A DNA stretch of 64,000 bases, taken from Candidatus Eiseniibacteriota bacterium (GTDB taxonomy: Bacteria > Eisenbacteria > RBG-16-71-46 > CAVPCR01). Below the pieces are notes generated by a model. The model made no database searches. It was not told the DNA's origin and saw only the letters and a program-made list of their open reading frames with translations. The stretch is taken from positions 224,001 through 288,000 of the forward strand of contig CAWGMA010000002.1 in NCBI GenBank assembly GCA_963823555.1, read 5' to 3'. The position numbers and the translations under genes were made by a program. Of this stretch, positions 37,837 through 48,496 are shown piece by piece (the stretch's first letter is position 1; each line of letters begins with the position of its first letter).

Positions 37837-38624
37837 GCGGTACCTTCGATGTGGAAGGCGATCGCGTGTGTGCGGTAGGGGAACTCGACCTTGCCGCCTT
37901 CGGCGTGGCGATCGAAGAGACGATCGAGCTCCGCCGCGAACGCGGCGCGGGACTCCGCTGGAATCCCGTGCGCCACATAGGAGCTCGAGTCGACGCGCCC
38001 GAAGAAGCCCTCCCGGTCGAGGATCTGGACGTGCGGGAACTCGGCGCGGCGGGCGGCCGCGATCCGCGGCGAAGCGAGCAGGCGATCGATGGTGCGGATT
38101 CCCTTCTCGACATCCCGGTACTCGCGGGAGCTGCGCTCGAGAAGCGCCTGGTACTCGGCGAGGAGGGGGGAGGAGCGCTCATCGCGGATGTTCCAGAACG
38201 CAGCGCAGAAGCCGTCCGGGACGAGGATACGTCGGAACTCGGCGAGGGTGGGGTCGAGGTCGAACCAGTGAAAAGCCTGGGCCGCGGTGACGAGCTCCGC
38301 GGCCGCCGGGGGGAGGCCGGTGCTCGAGGCCTCTCCGGCGCGATACTCGACCGCCATCCCCGGCGGTGTCGTGCTTTTGGCCTCGGCTCGCATCTCGGCG
38401 TTGGGTTCGATGCCGATCACATGGAGGCCGGGCCCCGCCAGGAAGCGGGTCGAGATCCCGGTGCCGCAGCCGACATCGACCAGCATGCGCGGCCGCTCCG
38501 GCGCCCTCGCTGGCGGCAGCAGTTCGACGAGGAAGGCGCGGAGCTCGGCCGGATAAGTAGGACGCCAGCGCGCATAATGGCTGGCGGTGGCACTGAAGCG
38601 TTCCCTTGGATCTATGAGCAGCAT
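37833..38624 (-). CDS. Class I SAM-dependent methyltransferase
   Basis: Y-x-x-x-RPTYP, VDVGCGTGIS and AAQAFHWF. Confidence 0.9.
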   Translation of the reverse strand: MLLIDPRERFSATASHYARWRPTYPAELRAFLVELLPPARAPERPRMLVDVGCGTGISTRFLAGPGLHVIGIEPNAEMRAEAKSTTPPGMAVEYRAGEASSTGLPPAAAELVTAAQAFHWFDLDPTLAEFRRILVPDGFCAAFWNIRDERSSPLLAEYQALLERSSREYRDVEKGIRTIDRLLASPRIAAARRAEFPHVQILDREGFFGRVDSSSYVAHGIPAESRAAFAAELDRLFDRHAEGGKVEFPYRTHAIAFHIEGTA

Positions 38625-38733
38625 GCACAAACTCCGCCCGCAGTCTAGCACGGGCCGAGTTGCCCCCCGGCGCGGGGGGCAGGCGCCGGCGGGTCGTGAC
38701 TTCGTGGGGGCCAGCCGACCGCGTTCCCGAGCG

Positions 38734-41415
38734 TCACCGGATGACGACGACCTTGCTGGTGAGCGAGTTGCCTCCTGCACGGAGCCGTGCGAAGTAGGTA
38801 CCGGCTGGAACGCGGTGACCCTGGGGATCGCGGCCATTCCAGGTGATCACCCCATTCCCTGCGGATGCGTTGTCGTTGACGGCGGCAATCTGCCGTCCAT
38901 TCACATCGTGAATCGAGAGCTCGACCGTGGTCGGCGCATCGAGCCTGAAGCCGAAGGTCGTCAGATCATGCATCGGGTTGGGCGTCGCCCCGGCGAATGT
39001 CACGGCAGGTGCCGGGGTGGGGTCGTCGAGGCCCGTCGGACCGAGCCCGTTCACGACCGTGATGCCGTCCCCGAACGGGGAGGGCGCGGCGGCAATGCCC
39101 GCGGTCGGGCTGAAGGCGAGCATTGCCGGAGGCAGGCCGGTCAAGGCCTGATCCACGATCGTCCGTGTCCCGGTGTCGATGATCGTGAACTGGCCGCTCT
39201 TGGCGATGCTGAAGACCGGGCCGGGGCCGAGCGTGACCGACCACGTGCCGCTCGTTGCATAGAGGAAGGCGCCGGCCGGATCGAGGGCGATCCCCGCCGG
39301 CGGGTCGGGGAGCGGGATCGTAGCCGTCATCGCGCCGCCGACGAGATCGACGACCCCGATGTTCCGGGACTGGAAGTTGGAGACATAGAGCGTCGAACCT
39401 TGCACCACCATGTCGAACGGCCAGTCGCCGACCAGGATCGAGCTGAGAACGGTGGACGAACCCCCGGCGTTGGCCACGACGGTGATCGAGTCGCTCTCGC
39501 GATTGCTGATGTAGATGAGCGAGTTGTCCGGCGAGAACGTCGCCCGCACGGGGAAGGTGCCGACGGTCAGTGTCTTCACCACCGCCCAGGTTCCGGTGTC
39601 GATGATCGAGATCGTGTTGTCGAAGCTGTTGCAGGTGACGAGCGTGGCGCCGTCGGGACTCACTGTCATCCCGCTCGTCTGCGAGAACGCATAGCTGATG
39701 CTGCCCATGTTGCCGGTCGTGAGCTTGAGCCCGGCCACACTGAGGGTCTGCAGGTTGATTCGCCACACGCCGTCGCTGGTGACGACGGCGACGTAGGCAT
39801 ATTGCCCGTCGGGGGAGATCTCGACCTCGCCGCCGCGCGTGGTGATCGTGATGTTGGTGACGGTGCGCGCGAGGAGATCGATCACGGAAACGAAGTCGGA
39901 ATCGAGGTTGGCGACGACGGCCTTGGTGCCGTCGGGCGTGATGGCGACCTCGGCCGGCCGGTTGCCGACCGGGAGGATGGCCGCGGTGGCGGAGGTCTGG
40001 AGATCGACGATCGAGACGTTATCGCTCAGGATGCTGGCGGCGACTGCCTCGCTGCCGTCCGGACGCACGGCAGCCGTGCGCGCCTTGTCCCCTTCGGGCG
40101 GCGGACCCGAGGCGATCACACCCTCGATGAAGCCGCCGGCCCCATTGGTGTTGACGACGAGCATGTCCTCGCCGAAGAGGTTGGCGACCATCGCCGCCCG
40201 CGGTCCGGCCGGTGACACGGCGCCGAGCGCCGTCGAGACGACGTTGTTGAGCTCTCGGACCACGGTCTCGGTGGCATAGCTGATGAGGCTGCCACGGAAA
40301 CCGACCCCCAGGGCATAGCCGCCGTCGGCGGTGGTGACGAGCTGATTGACGGAGGCGGTCGCGAGCGAGGGCGAGACCCCCCCGGTGGTGAGATTCACCA
40401 CACGGCAAGCGTTGAGGACGGCGACCACAGCCTTGGTCCCGGTGGGATCGATCGTGACCGGCCCGCCGAGGTCGGCGCCGACGGCGATGGTGTTGACGAT
40501 CGCGGGAACGGCGGGATCGACCACCGACAGGATCTGGACGGCTCCGGTGTGGGTGACCACGGCCTTGGTGCCGTCGGGCGTCACCGCGACGCCGCGCGGC
40601 GTGTTGCTCGAGGTCAGCGGGGTGACAGCGCCGGTCGAGGTGTTGACGATGAGAATCCGGTTCCCGTAGTAGTCGGGGTGGACGAGGGTCGAGTTGCCCG
40701 CGAACTCGAACTCGCTCGGCGAGAACGTGATCACGCCGGCCTCGAAGGAGATTCCGATCGAGCCGACGAAGCCGACGCCTGCGATGCGGCGTAGCTCGAC
40801 CGCGGTTGCGATGTCGATCACCGAGATCGATCCGCTCACCGTGTTGCCGATGGCGGCGATGGTGCCGTCCGGCGCGATGCGCACGACACCCGGTTGATCG
40901 CCGACGGCGACGACCGCGATCTCCGACCCGGTCGTGAGATCGATGATGGAGGCCGTGTCCTCGAACACGTTCGGGGTCACGGCACGCGTGCCATCGGGGC
41001 TGATCGCGACTCCGTTCGGCGAGCCGGAAAGAGCGATCTCCCTCTCGAAGACTCGAGTCGCGGCATCGAGGACGACGAGATTCCTCGTATCACGATGGGC
41101 GACCACGATCTTCGCGCCGTCGGGGGTCATGGCCACACCGGACGGGGTGTCGCCCTCGGGATCGATCCCGGTGGGAATGAACTCGGCGGTGATCGTGCGT
41201 CCGGAGGTGCCGGGCGACGGGATCGTCGCTGCGTGGTCGAGCGGGAACTCGCCCGCAGGGAACGTGATGATCTCGAGCGGCGGATCGCCGTCGGGAGATT
41301 CGCTCCGGTTCTGGCTGACCTGAGGAAGGCGGGTCGCGCTCGCGCTTGCGGCCAGCAGCATGCTGGCGCAAAGGCATCCGGCGAGCACACGGGCAAGGTG
41401 GTGGCGATGCTGCAT
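38734..41415 (-). CDS. Secreted YVTN-type beta-propeller repeat protein with a C-terminal FlgD-Ig domain
   Basis: Signal peptide, many (T/S)PDG...V-x-VID repeats and the terminal TPNP...WNGRD...GTYF domain. Confidence 0.85.
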   Translation of the reverse strand: MQHRHHLARVLAGCLCASMLLAASASATRLPQVSQNRSESPDGDPPLEIITFPAGEFPLDHAATIPSPGTSGRTITAEFIPTGIDPEGDTPSGVAMTPDGAKIVVAHRDTRNLVVLDAATRVFEREIALSGSPNGVAISPDGTRAVTPNVFEDTASIIDLTTGSEIAVVAVGDQPGVVRIAPDGTIAAIGNTVSGSISVIDIATAVELRRIAGVGFVGSIGISFEAGVITFSPSEFEFAGNSTLVHPDYYGNRILIVNTSTGAVTPLTSSNTPRGVAVTPDGTKAVVTHTGAVQILSVVDPAVPAIVNTIAVGADLGGPVTIDPTGTKAVVAVLNACRVVNLTTGGVSPSLATASVNQLVTTADGGYALGVGFRGSLISYATETVVRELNNVVSTALGAVSPAGPRAAMVANLFGEDMLVVNTNGAGGFIEGVIASGPPPEGDKARTAAVRPDGSEAVAASILSDNVSIVDLQTSATAAILPVGNRPAEVAITPDGTKAVVANLDSDFVSVIDLLARTVTNITITTRGGEVEISPDGQYAYVAVVTSDGVWRINLQTLSVAGLKLTTGNMGSISYAFSQTSGMTVSPDGATLVTCNSFDNTISIIDTGTWAVVKTLTVGTFPVRATFSPDNSLIYISNRESDSITVVANAGGSSTVLSSILVGDWPFDMVVQGSTLYVSNFQSRNIGVVDLVGGAMTATIPLPDPPAGIALDPAGAFLYATSGTWSVTLGPGPVFSIAKSGQFTIIDTGTRTIVDQALTGLPPAMLAFSPTAGIAAAPSPFGDGITVVNGLGPTGLDDPTPAPAVTFAGATPNPMHDLTTFGFRLDAPTTVELSIHDVNGRQIAAVNDNASAGNGVITWNGRDPQGHRVPAGTYFARLRAGGNSLTSKVVVIR

Positions 41416-41575
41416 GGCGATCCCCCGCTGCTGCGGCCAGGAAGGGCGTGACAGGGTCGAACCCTACGAAGATGGATGCCGTTTCGGCGGCACCGGTCTC
41501 CATTATACGCCAATCCCGCGACGCAGGGCGCGGCTGCGCGGGGGCCGCAGGCCGCGGCTGCGCTGAGGGTCGCGT

Positions 41576-42961
41576 CTATTCGATCAGCCGGCCGAAGTCC
41601 ATCTCGCGGACGGGGCCGAGCCCTTCGACCTGTTCCCGAACCGAGTTCTTGTCGGCGACGAGGACCAGACTCATGTGTCCGGGAGCGAGGTAGGTCTCGG
41701 CAGCACGGCGGGCATCCTCCGTCGTGACAACCCGCAGGCGAGCCACGCGCTGAGCAATGTAGTCGGCCGGCAGATCGTAGAACGCGACCATGGCCAGGCT
41801 CTCCGCGATGTCGGATGGTGACTGCTGGCTCCGCGCCACGAACCCCGATATGAAGCTCACCGTGCGCTCGAGCTCCTCCGGTGTCGGTCCGGTGGCGCTG
41901 AATGTCCCGATCTCGTTGCGGGCGACATCGATGGTTTCGCGTGTCGTCTGCGACTTGGTGAACGTGGAGACGCGGACGAGCCCGGCGCTTCCTTCCTGGA
42001 AGAGACGGGCATGAGCGGAGTAGCTGAGACTCCGCTCGACGCGGATGGCCTCGAGGAGGCGAGAGGTGAAACCGCCACCGAGAATCGCGGTGGCGACGAT
42101 CAGAGCCGATTCGTCGGCATGGCCCCGGGGCAGACCGCGGTAGCCGATCCGGATCTGCGATTGCTCGAGGTCCGGCTTGTGGACCAGGAGGACCTGGGCG
42201 CCCGTCCCCGGACCGGGGGTGGGAAAGGTGGTCGCCGGTCGATCGCCCGGCCAGGGAGCAAAGAGTGTCCGGATCTCCTTCTCCATCGTCGCGGTCGTGA
42301 AGTCGCCGACCACGGCGAGAACCGACCCGCCGGGAACGACGAAGTCACGATGGAATTGTCTGATCTCATCCGCGGTCATGGCCGTGAGGCTCGCCCGGCC
42401 GCCGTCGAGCCGCTGCCCGTAAGCACTGCCATCGAACTCGGCGCGCCAGAGCGCGGTGTCGGCCAGCGCGCCGGGATCCTCCGCCATCTGGCTGAGCGCG
42501 GCGAGGAGCCGGGTACGGATGCGTTCCACTTCGGCCGGGGGAAAGGTCGGACGAAGGACGCAATCCGCTAGCAGCGTCAGCGCCTCCTCCGCGTGCCGGG
42601 TCATGACCGAGAGGCTCAGACGCAGGTCATCGCGGCCGGCCGTGGCATCGAGGATGGCCCCCATGCGGTCGAGGGTGGCGGCGATCTCCTGGGCGGACCG
42701 GGTCTGGGTGCCCTGGGTCAGGAGCGCTGCGGTGAAGGTGGCCATGCCCTCCCGGTCATCCCGGGGCACGGCAACCGCCCCGGCGGGGATGCGCAGGTGC
42801 GCCGCGATGAGCGGAAGCGAATGCTTCTCGGCGAGCACGACTCGGAGCCCGTTCTCGAGCACGATGGTGCGGGATTCCGGGAGCTGGATGACCTGAGCGC
42901 CGGTTGGGACCGTGGCAAGCAGGAGGAATGCCGCGGTGATCGCTGTCGCGAGGACCTTCAT
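41576..42961 (-). CDS. M16B peptidase, non-catalytic subunit
   Basis: M16 fold (LENGL, LGGGFTSRL) with HXXEH replaced by TFTAA. Confidence 0.88.
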   Translation of the reverse strand: MKVLATAITAAFLLLATVPTGAQVIQLPESRTIVLENGLRVVLAEKHSLPLIAAHLRIPAGAVAVPRDDREGMATFTAALLTQGTQTRSAQEIAATLDRMGAILDATAGRDDLRLSLSVMTRHAEEALTLLADCVLRPTFPPAEVERIRTRLLAALSQMAEDPGALADTALWRAEFDGSAYGQRLDGGRASLTAMTADEIRQFHRDFVVPGGSVLAVVGDFTTATMEKEIRTLFAPWPGDRPATTFPTPGPGTGAQVLLVHKPDLEQSQIRIGYRGLPRGHADESALIVATAILGGGFTSRLLEAIRVERSLSYSAHARLFQEGSAGLVRVSTFTKSQTTRETIDVARNEIGTFSATGPTPEELERTVSFISGFVARSQQSPSDIAESLAMVAFYDLPADYIAQRVARLRVVTTEDARRAAETYLAPGHMSLVLVADKNSVREQVEGLGPVREMDFGRLIE

Positions 42962-44331
42962 CAGCTCTCCTCCGCGCTGGGGACGAGGATCCCGATCGTG
43001 CGGTTGGTTGGTACGAGGCACTCGCGCGCGACCCGCGTCACGTCTTCAGCGGTGACCTTGTCGTAGTCCTGCACGATGGCGAGGAGTCGCCGGCAATCTC
43101 CGTCGAGGACGGCGAAGCTCAAGAGCCGCTCGGTTCGACCGTTGTTGGTCGTGAGCTCGCGCAGGAGTGCACTCTGGGCCTGGGTGCGCGCCTTGTCCAC
43201 CTCGGCCGCGGTGATTCCCTCGCTCGTGATCCGGGCCACGAGCGAATCGAGCGCGGCGATCGTTTCATCGGGTGTTCGGCCCGGTGTCACATCGATCCAC
43301 TGATAGAGCAACCCTGGATGCTCCGAGCCGTCGATCCACGACTCGGCCCCGGTGGCGACCTGTCGCTCGTAGACAAGGTCCTGGTGGAGGCGCGAGCTCT
43401 CTCCGGCGCCGAGGATGTTGGACAGGAGATCGTAGGCGAGATAGTCGGAATGCCGCCGGCCGACCATGTGGTAGGCGGCGACCACGGCAGCCTGCTCGGC
43501 CTCGCGCACCACCTCGACACGGCGCTCCCCGAGCTGGGGATCCTCCGACTCGAGGACGGCGACCGGGGGGGCCTGGGCCGGGATCGCGCTGAAGGCCGCT
43601 TCGATCTGCGGGCGCGCCGCCGCCGGGTCGAAGTCTCCAGTCAGGCAGAGGACGGCGTTGTTGGGCGCATAATAGGTGCGGAAGTAGGCCTGGCAATCGG
43701 CGACCGTGAGGTGGTCGAGGTCCGTCATCCAGCCGATCACGGGATGGCCGTAAGGGTGCGCGTCGAAGGCGACGGCGCGCAGCTCCTCGTAGAGCTGCCC
43801 TCGCGGCGAGTCCTCGACCCGGCTCCGGCGCTCCGACTTCACGATGCCGCGCTCCTGCTCGAGATTCTCGCTGTCGATCTTGAGCGCCCGCATGCGGTCG
43901 GCCTCCATGTCGAGCACGGTCGCCAGCAGCTCCGGATTGAACTCTTCGTGGTAGAGGGTGATGTCCTGGCTGGTGAAGGCGTTCGAGTAGCCGCCTCCGC
44001 CCTCGAGGATCCGATCGAACTCCTTCGGCGGGTACTTGGCCGAGCCGTTGAACATCATGTGCTCGAAGATGTGCGAGATCCCGGTGATGCCGGGGCGCTC
44101 GTTCTTGCCGCCGGCGTGGAAGACGATGCCGAGGCAGATCGAGGGCACCGAGCGATCGGGTTGCAGGATCACCTGGAGTCCGTTGTCGAGCGTGAAGGTC
44201 TCGAGCGGGAAACTCTGGGCGCGGGCGGGGAGCGGGTTGAGGGTGGTGACGAGGAAGAGGAGCAGAAGCAAGGGCAAGGCCAGTCGTTCCGGAGAGGGTG
44301 GCCAGCGTGATTGGGTCATGGGCATCCTCAT
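42961..44331 (-). CDS. M16B zinc peptidase, catalytic subunit
   Basis: GISHIFEHMMF, NAFT, HPYGHPVIG and YYAPNNA. Confidence 0.92.
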   Translation of the reverse strand: MRMPMTQSRWPPSPERLALPLLLLLFLVTTLNPLPARAQSFPLETFTLDNGLQVILQPDRSVPSICLGIVFHAGGKNERPGITGISHIFEHMMFNGSAKYPPKEFDRILEGGGGYSNAFTSQDITLYHEEFNPELLATVLDMEADRMRALKIDSENLEQERGIVKSERRSRVEDSPRGQLYEELRAVAFDAHPYGHPVIGWMTDLDHLTVADCQAYFRTYYAPNNAVLCLTGDFDPAAARPQIEAAFSAIPAQAPPVAVLESEDPQLGERRVEVVREAEQAAVVAAYHMVGRRHSDYLAYDLLSNILGAGESSRLHQDLVYERQVATGAESWIDGSEHPGLLYQWIDVTPGRTPDETIAALDSLVARITSEGITAAEVDKARTQAQSALLRELTTNNGRTERLLSFAVLDGDCRRLLAIVQDYDKVTAEDVTRVARECLVPTNRTIGILVPSAEES

Positions 44332-44431
44332 CGCGATGCTCGCTGCGTGTGTAGCGCGCTGCGGGGCGTGGGGCTCGAAACGTGGATGCCGATGCTAGCA
44401 CGAGCCTCTCTTGGTGTCTCGGGTCGCGCAT

Positions 44432-46786
44432 TCACGCCACCTGCTTTTCGATGATGGTGCTGGCGGCTGTGTGTTGGCGCCGGCACCAGGCGTGCCAGCG
44501 CTCGAGGGTGCGGCGGGCTTGGCGGTCGGGGACGCGGCGGCCGTTGGCGTAGGAGGTGAGGGCGCGGCCGGTGGTGGGGTGAATGCCGAGGCGGAAGATG
44601 AGGGCCCAGGGTGCCCAGCCGCCGATGTGGATCTTTCCCTGGTGGAGGAGTGCGTGGTGAGCGCGGCAGAGGGTGATGAGGTTCCAGGGGTGGTGGGTAC
44701 CGCCTCGCGCGCGGAACCAGAGGTGGTGGACCTCGAGGTGATCGCGGGAGGAGCAACCGGGGACGGCGCAACGGTGGCGGTCGCGGCGGAGGATGGGGTG
44801 GGTTCGCTGGTGCCGGCGGGCGGCAGGGGAGTCGTGATCGAGGAGGAAATGGGCGAGGAGGATCTCGAGGGGAGCGGCATCGGGCTGGGTGGGGGGGAGG
44901 GTGGCGCTGAAGATGGCGCGGCAGCGGCGGAGGGCGCGGCGGAAAAGGGCGAGGACGTCCGGTGGGGCCCAGAAACGGATGCGGGCGACGGGGTGGTCGG
45001 GGAACTCGGCGAGGGCGAGGTCGAGGCCGCGGATGCGAGGCGGCTGGCGAGGGCTGAGTGGTGGCAGGGGCCAGCCGAGGGGTGGCGTGGAGCGCGGGTC
45101 CGTGGGCGCGGTGGCAAACGCGTTGGTGGCGGGCAAGGCAGCGAGGCGCTGATTGCATGCCGGCGCGGCGGCAAACGCGTTCGTGGAGTCGGCGCGCTGC
45201 TGGGCGTAAGTGCGGAGCACGGTGGGGTGAGCACCGGGGAGCATGTAGAGGGCGGCGTGCTCGACGGTGCGCTCGATGTGGCGGGCGGCGAGGCCGCGGG
45301 CCCAGTCGAGCCAGAGGGCTTCGGTGGTGGGGTGGATGACGCGGAGTAGGGCGCGGGTGGCGGTGTAGTTGAGGGAGCCGTCGAGGTAGGCGCGGCGGAG
45401 GCGGCGGAGCGGGCGCAGCGCGCGGTAGAAGTAGCTCAGGTACTCGGCGTGCCGGCGGGAGCACCCCAGGCGGCGGGTGCAGTAGTCATCGTAGGAGCAT
45501 GCACCGAGGTGCTCCCAGGCGCGGGACAGCTCGAGGCGGTGGAGGTGCTGTCCGAGCTCGAGCCGGAGCCTTCGCTTGCGGGCGACGAGGCGGGAGAGGA
45601 CGGCGGTGAGCTCGAAGGGATCGGTGACGGTGTCGACCTGCTCCTCTGGGGCGAGAAGGAGTGGGGGTTCAGGTACGGGGTCTGCGGGTCTCCGCTCTTC
45701 CACTGACATCTCGCGGTCGCTGTCCTCCGACACAGGGATGAAGGCGTAGTCGAGGCCGCTGGCGGTGATGAGGTCGAGGAGGCTCTGGCGGCGGGGCTTT
45801 CGGTCCATGAGGCGAGCGAGCGCGGCGACACACTTCTCGTGGCGGGAGTCGCGTTCGTGGCGCTCGGTGAGCTCGGGGTCCTCGTCGCCGACGCGGGCGA
45901 GGTAGTCGGCGGCGATCCACTCGGCGCACTGGTGGAGTGGGGCCTCACGGCCGGCGGCGTGGCGCACGGCGTCGACGGCGAGGGCCCACAGCTCGCTGGT
46001 GCGTGCGGGGACCGCAACGGAGATCCAGTCGCCGTCGCGGGCATCGGGATCGAGGAGGTTGAGGCCGGGCCGGAGCTGGGCCTCGAGGCCGGCGGCGGAG
46101 ACGATGTGGGGCGCGGTGTCCTGCGTGGCGGCGGTGCAGATGGAGTCTCTAACCGGCACCCCGGCGTCCGCCGGCGCGTTGCCAGGGTCGGCGCTTGCGC
46201 GTGCATCACCTGGTGCCGCGGCAGCTGCGACCTCGGGCGCAGGTGTCCCGCTGTTTCCGGGATCCCCCTTCGTGCTCCCCTCATTCGCGGCGTTCCTCCG
46301 CTCGATCTCGGCGCGGACCCGGGCCGTGAGCTCGTGGACGGAACACCCGACGGCGCGCTCGATCCAGGCGCGGCGCTCGTCGGCGGGCGCTGCACTGCCG
46401 AGGAGGCGCAGGAGCGGCGGGACCTTGGAGGCGTGGAGGCGACCGCTGCTCAGGGCTGGCTCGAGCTCGGGCACGGCGGCGAGGGCGCGGCCAAGGCGGG
46501 CCAGCTGCCGGGCCTTGCTCTCCTTGATCCCGAGCTCCTCGTGGGCGAAGTCGGTGGCGCGGGCGTAGCCCAGGGGTCGGAAGAGATCCTGCTGCCAGAC
46601 ACGGGCCAGGCCCCGGGCGAGCTCGCGGTCGAGGGCGAGGTGGGCGGCGGCGAGCGCGCGGGTGTCGCGATCGAGCTCGAAGGCGGCGCGAGCCACGGCG
46701 GCGAGCGCGGCGGTGGTGGTTGGACCGCGCGGTGCGCTCTCCTGGCTCGCGCATGGTTCCTCGAGGCTGTCGGTGAGAGCGGTCAT
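44432..46786 (-). CDS. DUF222-like protein with a C-terminal HNH endonuclease
   Basis: Two related helical modules (LGYARATDFAHEELG and LGACSYDDYCTRRLG), and the C-terminal RDRHRCAVPGC...EVHH...GG...NLITLCRAHH. Confidence 0.85.
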   Translation of the reverse strand: MTALTDSLEEPCASQESAPRGPTTTAALAAVARAAFELDRDTRALAAAHLALDRELARGLARVWQQDLFRPLGYARATDFAHEELGIKESKARQLARLGRALAAVPELEPALSSGRLHASKVPPLLRLLGSAAPADERRAWIERAVGCSVHELTARVRAEIERRNAANEGSTKGDPGNSGTPAPEVAAAAAPGDARASADPGNAPADAGVPVRDSICTAATQDTAPHIVSAAGLEAQLRPGLNLLDPDARDGDWISVAVPARTSELWALAVDAVRHAAGREAPLHQCAEWIAADYLARVGDEDPELTERHERDSRHEKCVAALARLMDRKPRRQSLLDLITASGLDYAFIPVSEDSDREMSVEERRPADPVPEPPLLLAPEEQVDTVTDPFELTAVLSRLVARKRRLRLELGQHLHRLELSRAWEHLGACSYDDYCTRRLGCSRRHAEYLSYFYRALRPLRRLRRAYLDGSLNYTATRALLRVIHPTTEALWLDWARGLAARHIERTVEHAALYMLPGAHPTVLRTYAQQRADSTNAFAAAPACNQRLAALPATNAFATAPTDPRSTPPLGWPLPPLSPRQPPRIRGLDLALAEFPDHPVARIRFWAPPDVLALFRRALRRCRAIFSATLPPTQPDAAPLEILLAHFLLDHDSPAARRHQRTHPILRRDRHRCAVPGCSSRDHLEVHHLWFRARGGTHHPWNLITLCRAHHALLHQGKIHIGGWAPWALIFRLGIHPTTGRALTSYANGRRVPDRQARRTLERWHAWCRRQHTAASTIIEKQVA

Positions 46787-47094
46787 GGGATCGGTCTCCG
46801 GCGAGTGCCACGTCCACCGCGTGACATATCACGATGCATGCCAGCCGCCACGATCCCCTAAGTGCGCGTCATTGCATCCGCTCATCCCCGCGCCCCGCAA
46901 CCTCACCGCCAACCCCGTTCACACAACCGGCAACGGTGTTGACATCACCAACCCCGCATCACCAGCCCCGCATCATCACCGCCGCTCCAGCTGTTGCTTC
47001 AGCTTCCGGCCTCTAGGGTGCAGCCGCTTCCCGGTCCTCATCGGTGGAGGTGCGCAGCCACCGGCTCGGGAATGTGGGGAGCCCCACCACTTGA

Positions 47095-47166
47095 CGGCCG
47101 CTCGAAGGCCTTCGGAGCTGGCGGCCGCTGGAATGCCTTCGGAGCTGGCGGCCGCTGGAATGCCTT
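47095..47166 (+). repeat. 27-bp tandem repeat (CGGCCGCTGGAATGCCTTCGGAGCTGG, about 2.7 copies)
   Basis: Units at 47095 and 47122, plus a partial unit at 47149. Confidence 0.9.
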
Positions 47167-47250
47167 TGTGAGGTTCGAGGTTCGCATCCGGGATCGCGGT
47201 GCCGGTCAGCGCGAGCAGGGACGTGAAGCGATCAGAGGGAGGCGCACGCC

Positions 47251-47856
47251 ATGCGTTTGAATCGAGTCATGTTGGCTGCCGGACCGGTCCTTGCTGTTCT
47301 CTGTGGATGGGGCTGGTCTCCGGCGGGAGCGGATGAAACGCCTGCAGAAGCCGAGCATCCCTCGGCCCATGAGGTCTCGAGCCTTCACGAGGGCCACGAA
47401 TACAAGAACGCTATCGGCGTCATCCTCGCTGGCACCTGGGAGAGCGAATCAGAGAGCACCTTCTTCACCACCGGGGCGGAGTACGGGCGCGAGATCACTT
47501 CACGACTTTCCGCGTTCGGCGTCGCCGAACATCTCGCCGAGATCGATGCCTGGGTGTTCGTCGGCGGAGTCGGGATCCATCCCTTCGGCCGTGGATCGGT
47601 GCTGGCGCCACTCGCGGTGAAAACCGGGCCTGGTTTCGAGAACAAGCGCCGCCCTGGCAGGGAACACGAGGGTAGCGAGTCTCCCGAGGAGGATGACAGC
47701 GAGAACCTCTTCCTCTGGCGTGCCGGGTTGAGCTACATGTTCCACACCGGCTCACGCGCTTTCGTGATGCCAGCGGTCGATGTGGATTTCGTGCAAGAGG
47801 AAGAGGAGTGGGTCGAGGCTGTCGTCTTCGGCGCGTGCATGGGCTACCGGTTCTGA
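47251..47856 (+). CDS. Small outer-membrane beta-barrel-like protein with a His/Glu-rich N-terminus
   Basis: GGAGG RBS, signal peptide, amphipathic strands and the terminal GYRF (BAM-type signal). Confidence 0.65.
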   Translation: MRLNRVMLAAGPVLAVLCGWGWSPAGADETPAEAEHPSAHEVSSLHEGHEYKNAIGVILAGTWESESESTFFTTGAEYGREITSRLSAFGVAEHLAEIDAWVFVGGVGIHPFGRGSVLAPLAVKTGPGFENKRRPGREHEGSESPEEDDSENLFLWRAGLSYMFHTGSRAFVMPAVDVDFVQEEEEWVEAVVFGACMGYRF

Positions 47857-47981
47857 GTGAGCACCCGCGGGCGCGATAGCCGCCGGGAACAGAGCCAGGG
47901 CGACGACGCAACCAGCGGGTCACTGCGCGGATTGGCGACCCACGCCGGAGTGCCGCCACCCGATCGAGTCGCCATCAGGCT

Positions 47982-48443
47982 TCAGCGAATGCGTACAAGG
48001 TGCTCGCTCGCAACGTGAATGCCGGCCTCCAGGCGGAGGAAGTAGCTACCGGAGGCCACCGGCCGGCCCTGGCTTTTCCTCCCATCCCAGTGGATGCGAT
48101 GCGCTCCCGGGTCGAGCTCGCCGGACACGAGTCGCCGCACACGCCGTCCCGCCGCATCGATGACATCGAGGCGCACCATGGTTCGTTCCGGGAGCACGAA
48201 ATCGATCCCGACGCGGTCGCGCGCCTGGAAAGGGTTCGGTCGAGGCGGACCTAGCAGGAGGGCGGGCGCGCCTGCCGCAGCGGAGACGGGGCCGAAGGTC
48301 GTGACCACCCCGACGCGGTCGAGGGCCTCGAGCCGATAGAAGTAGGCGACGCCCGGCTCGGCGCTGCGATCGAGATTGCTGCGTGGGGAGAGAGAGCGCC
48401 GACCCACAACCAGAGCGGGACAAGGCGCCGTGCCACCAGGCAT
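47982..48443 (-). pseudogene. Orphan FlgD-Ig / C-terminal sorting-like domain, probably a truncated remnant
   Basis: YFYRLEALD...PRPNPF...IDAAGRRVR...WDG...ASGSYFLRL, with no signal peptide or passenger domain upstream. Confidence 0.55.
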
Positions 48444-48496
48444 CGTCGTGCGTTCCTTGCGTGCCGCGCGTCGTGCTCCATGACGAAACTCCAAGC

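Noticed and set aside
41576..44331. Inactive M16 subunit as a novelty
   Set aside because: Active/inactive M16B heterodimer gene pairs are well known.
46790..47250. Riboswitch upstream of the His-rich outer-membrane protein
   Set aside because: Small hairpins are present, but I could not match conserved cobalamin, NiCo or other aptamer motifs.
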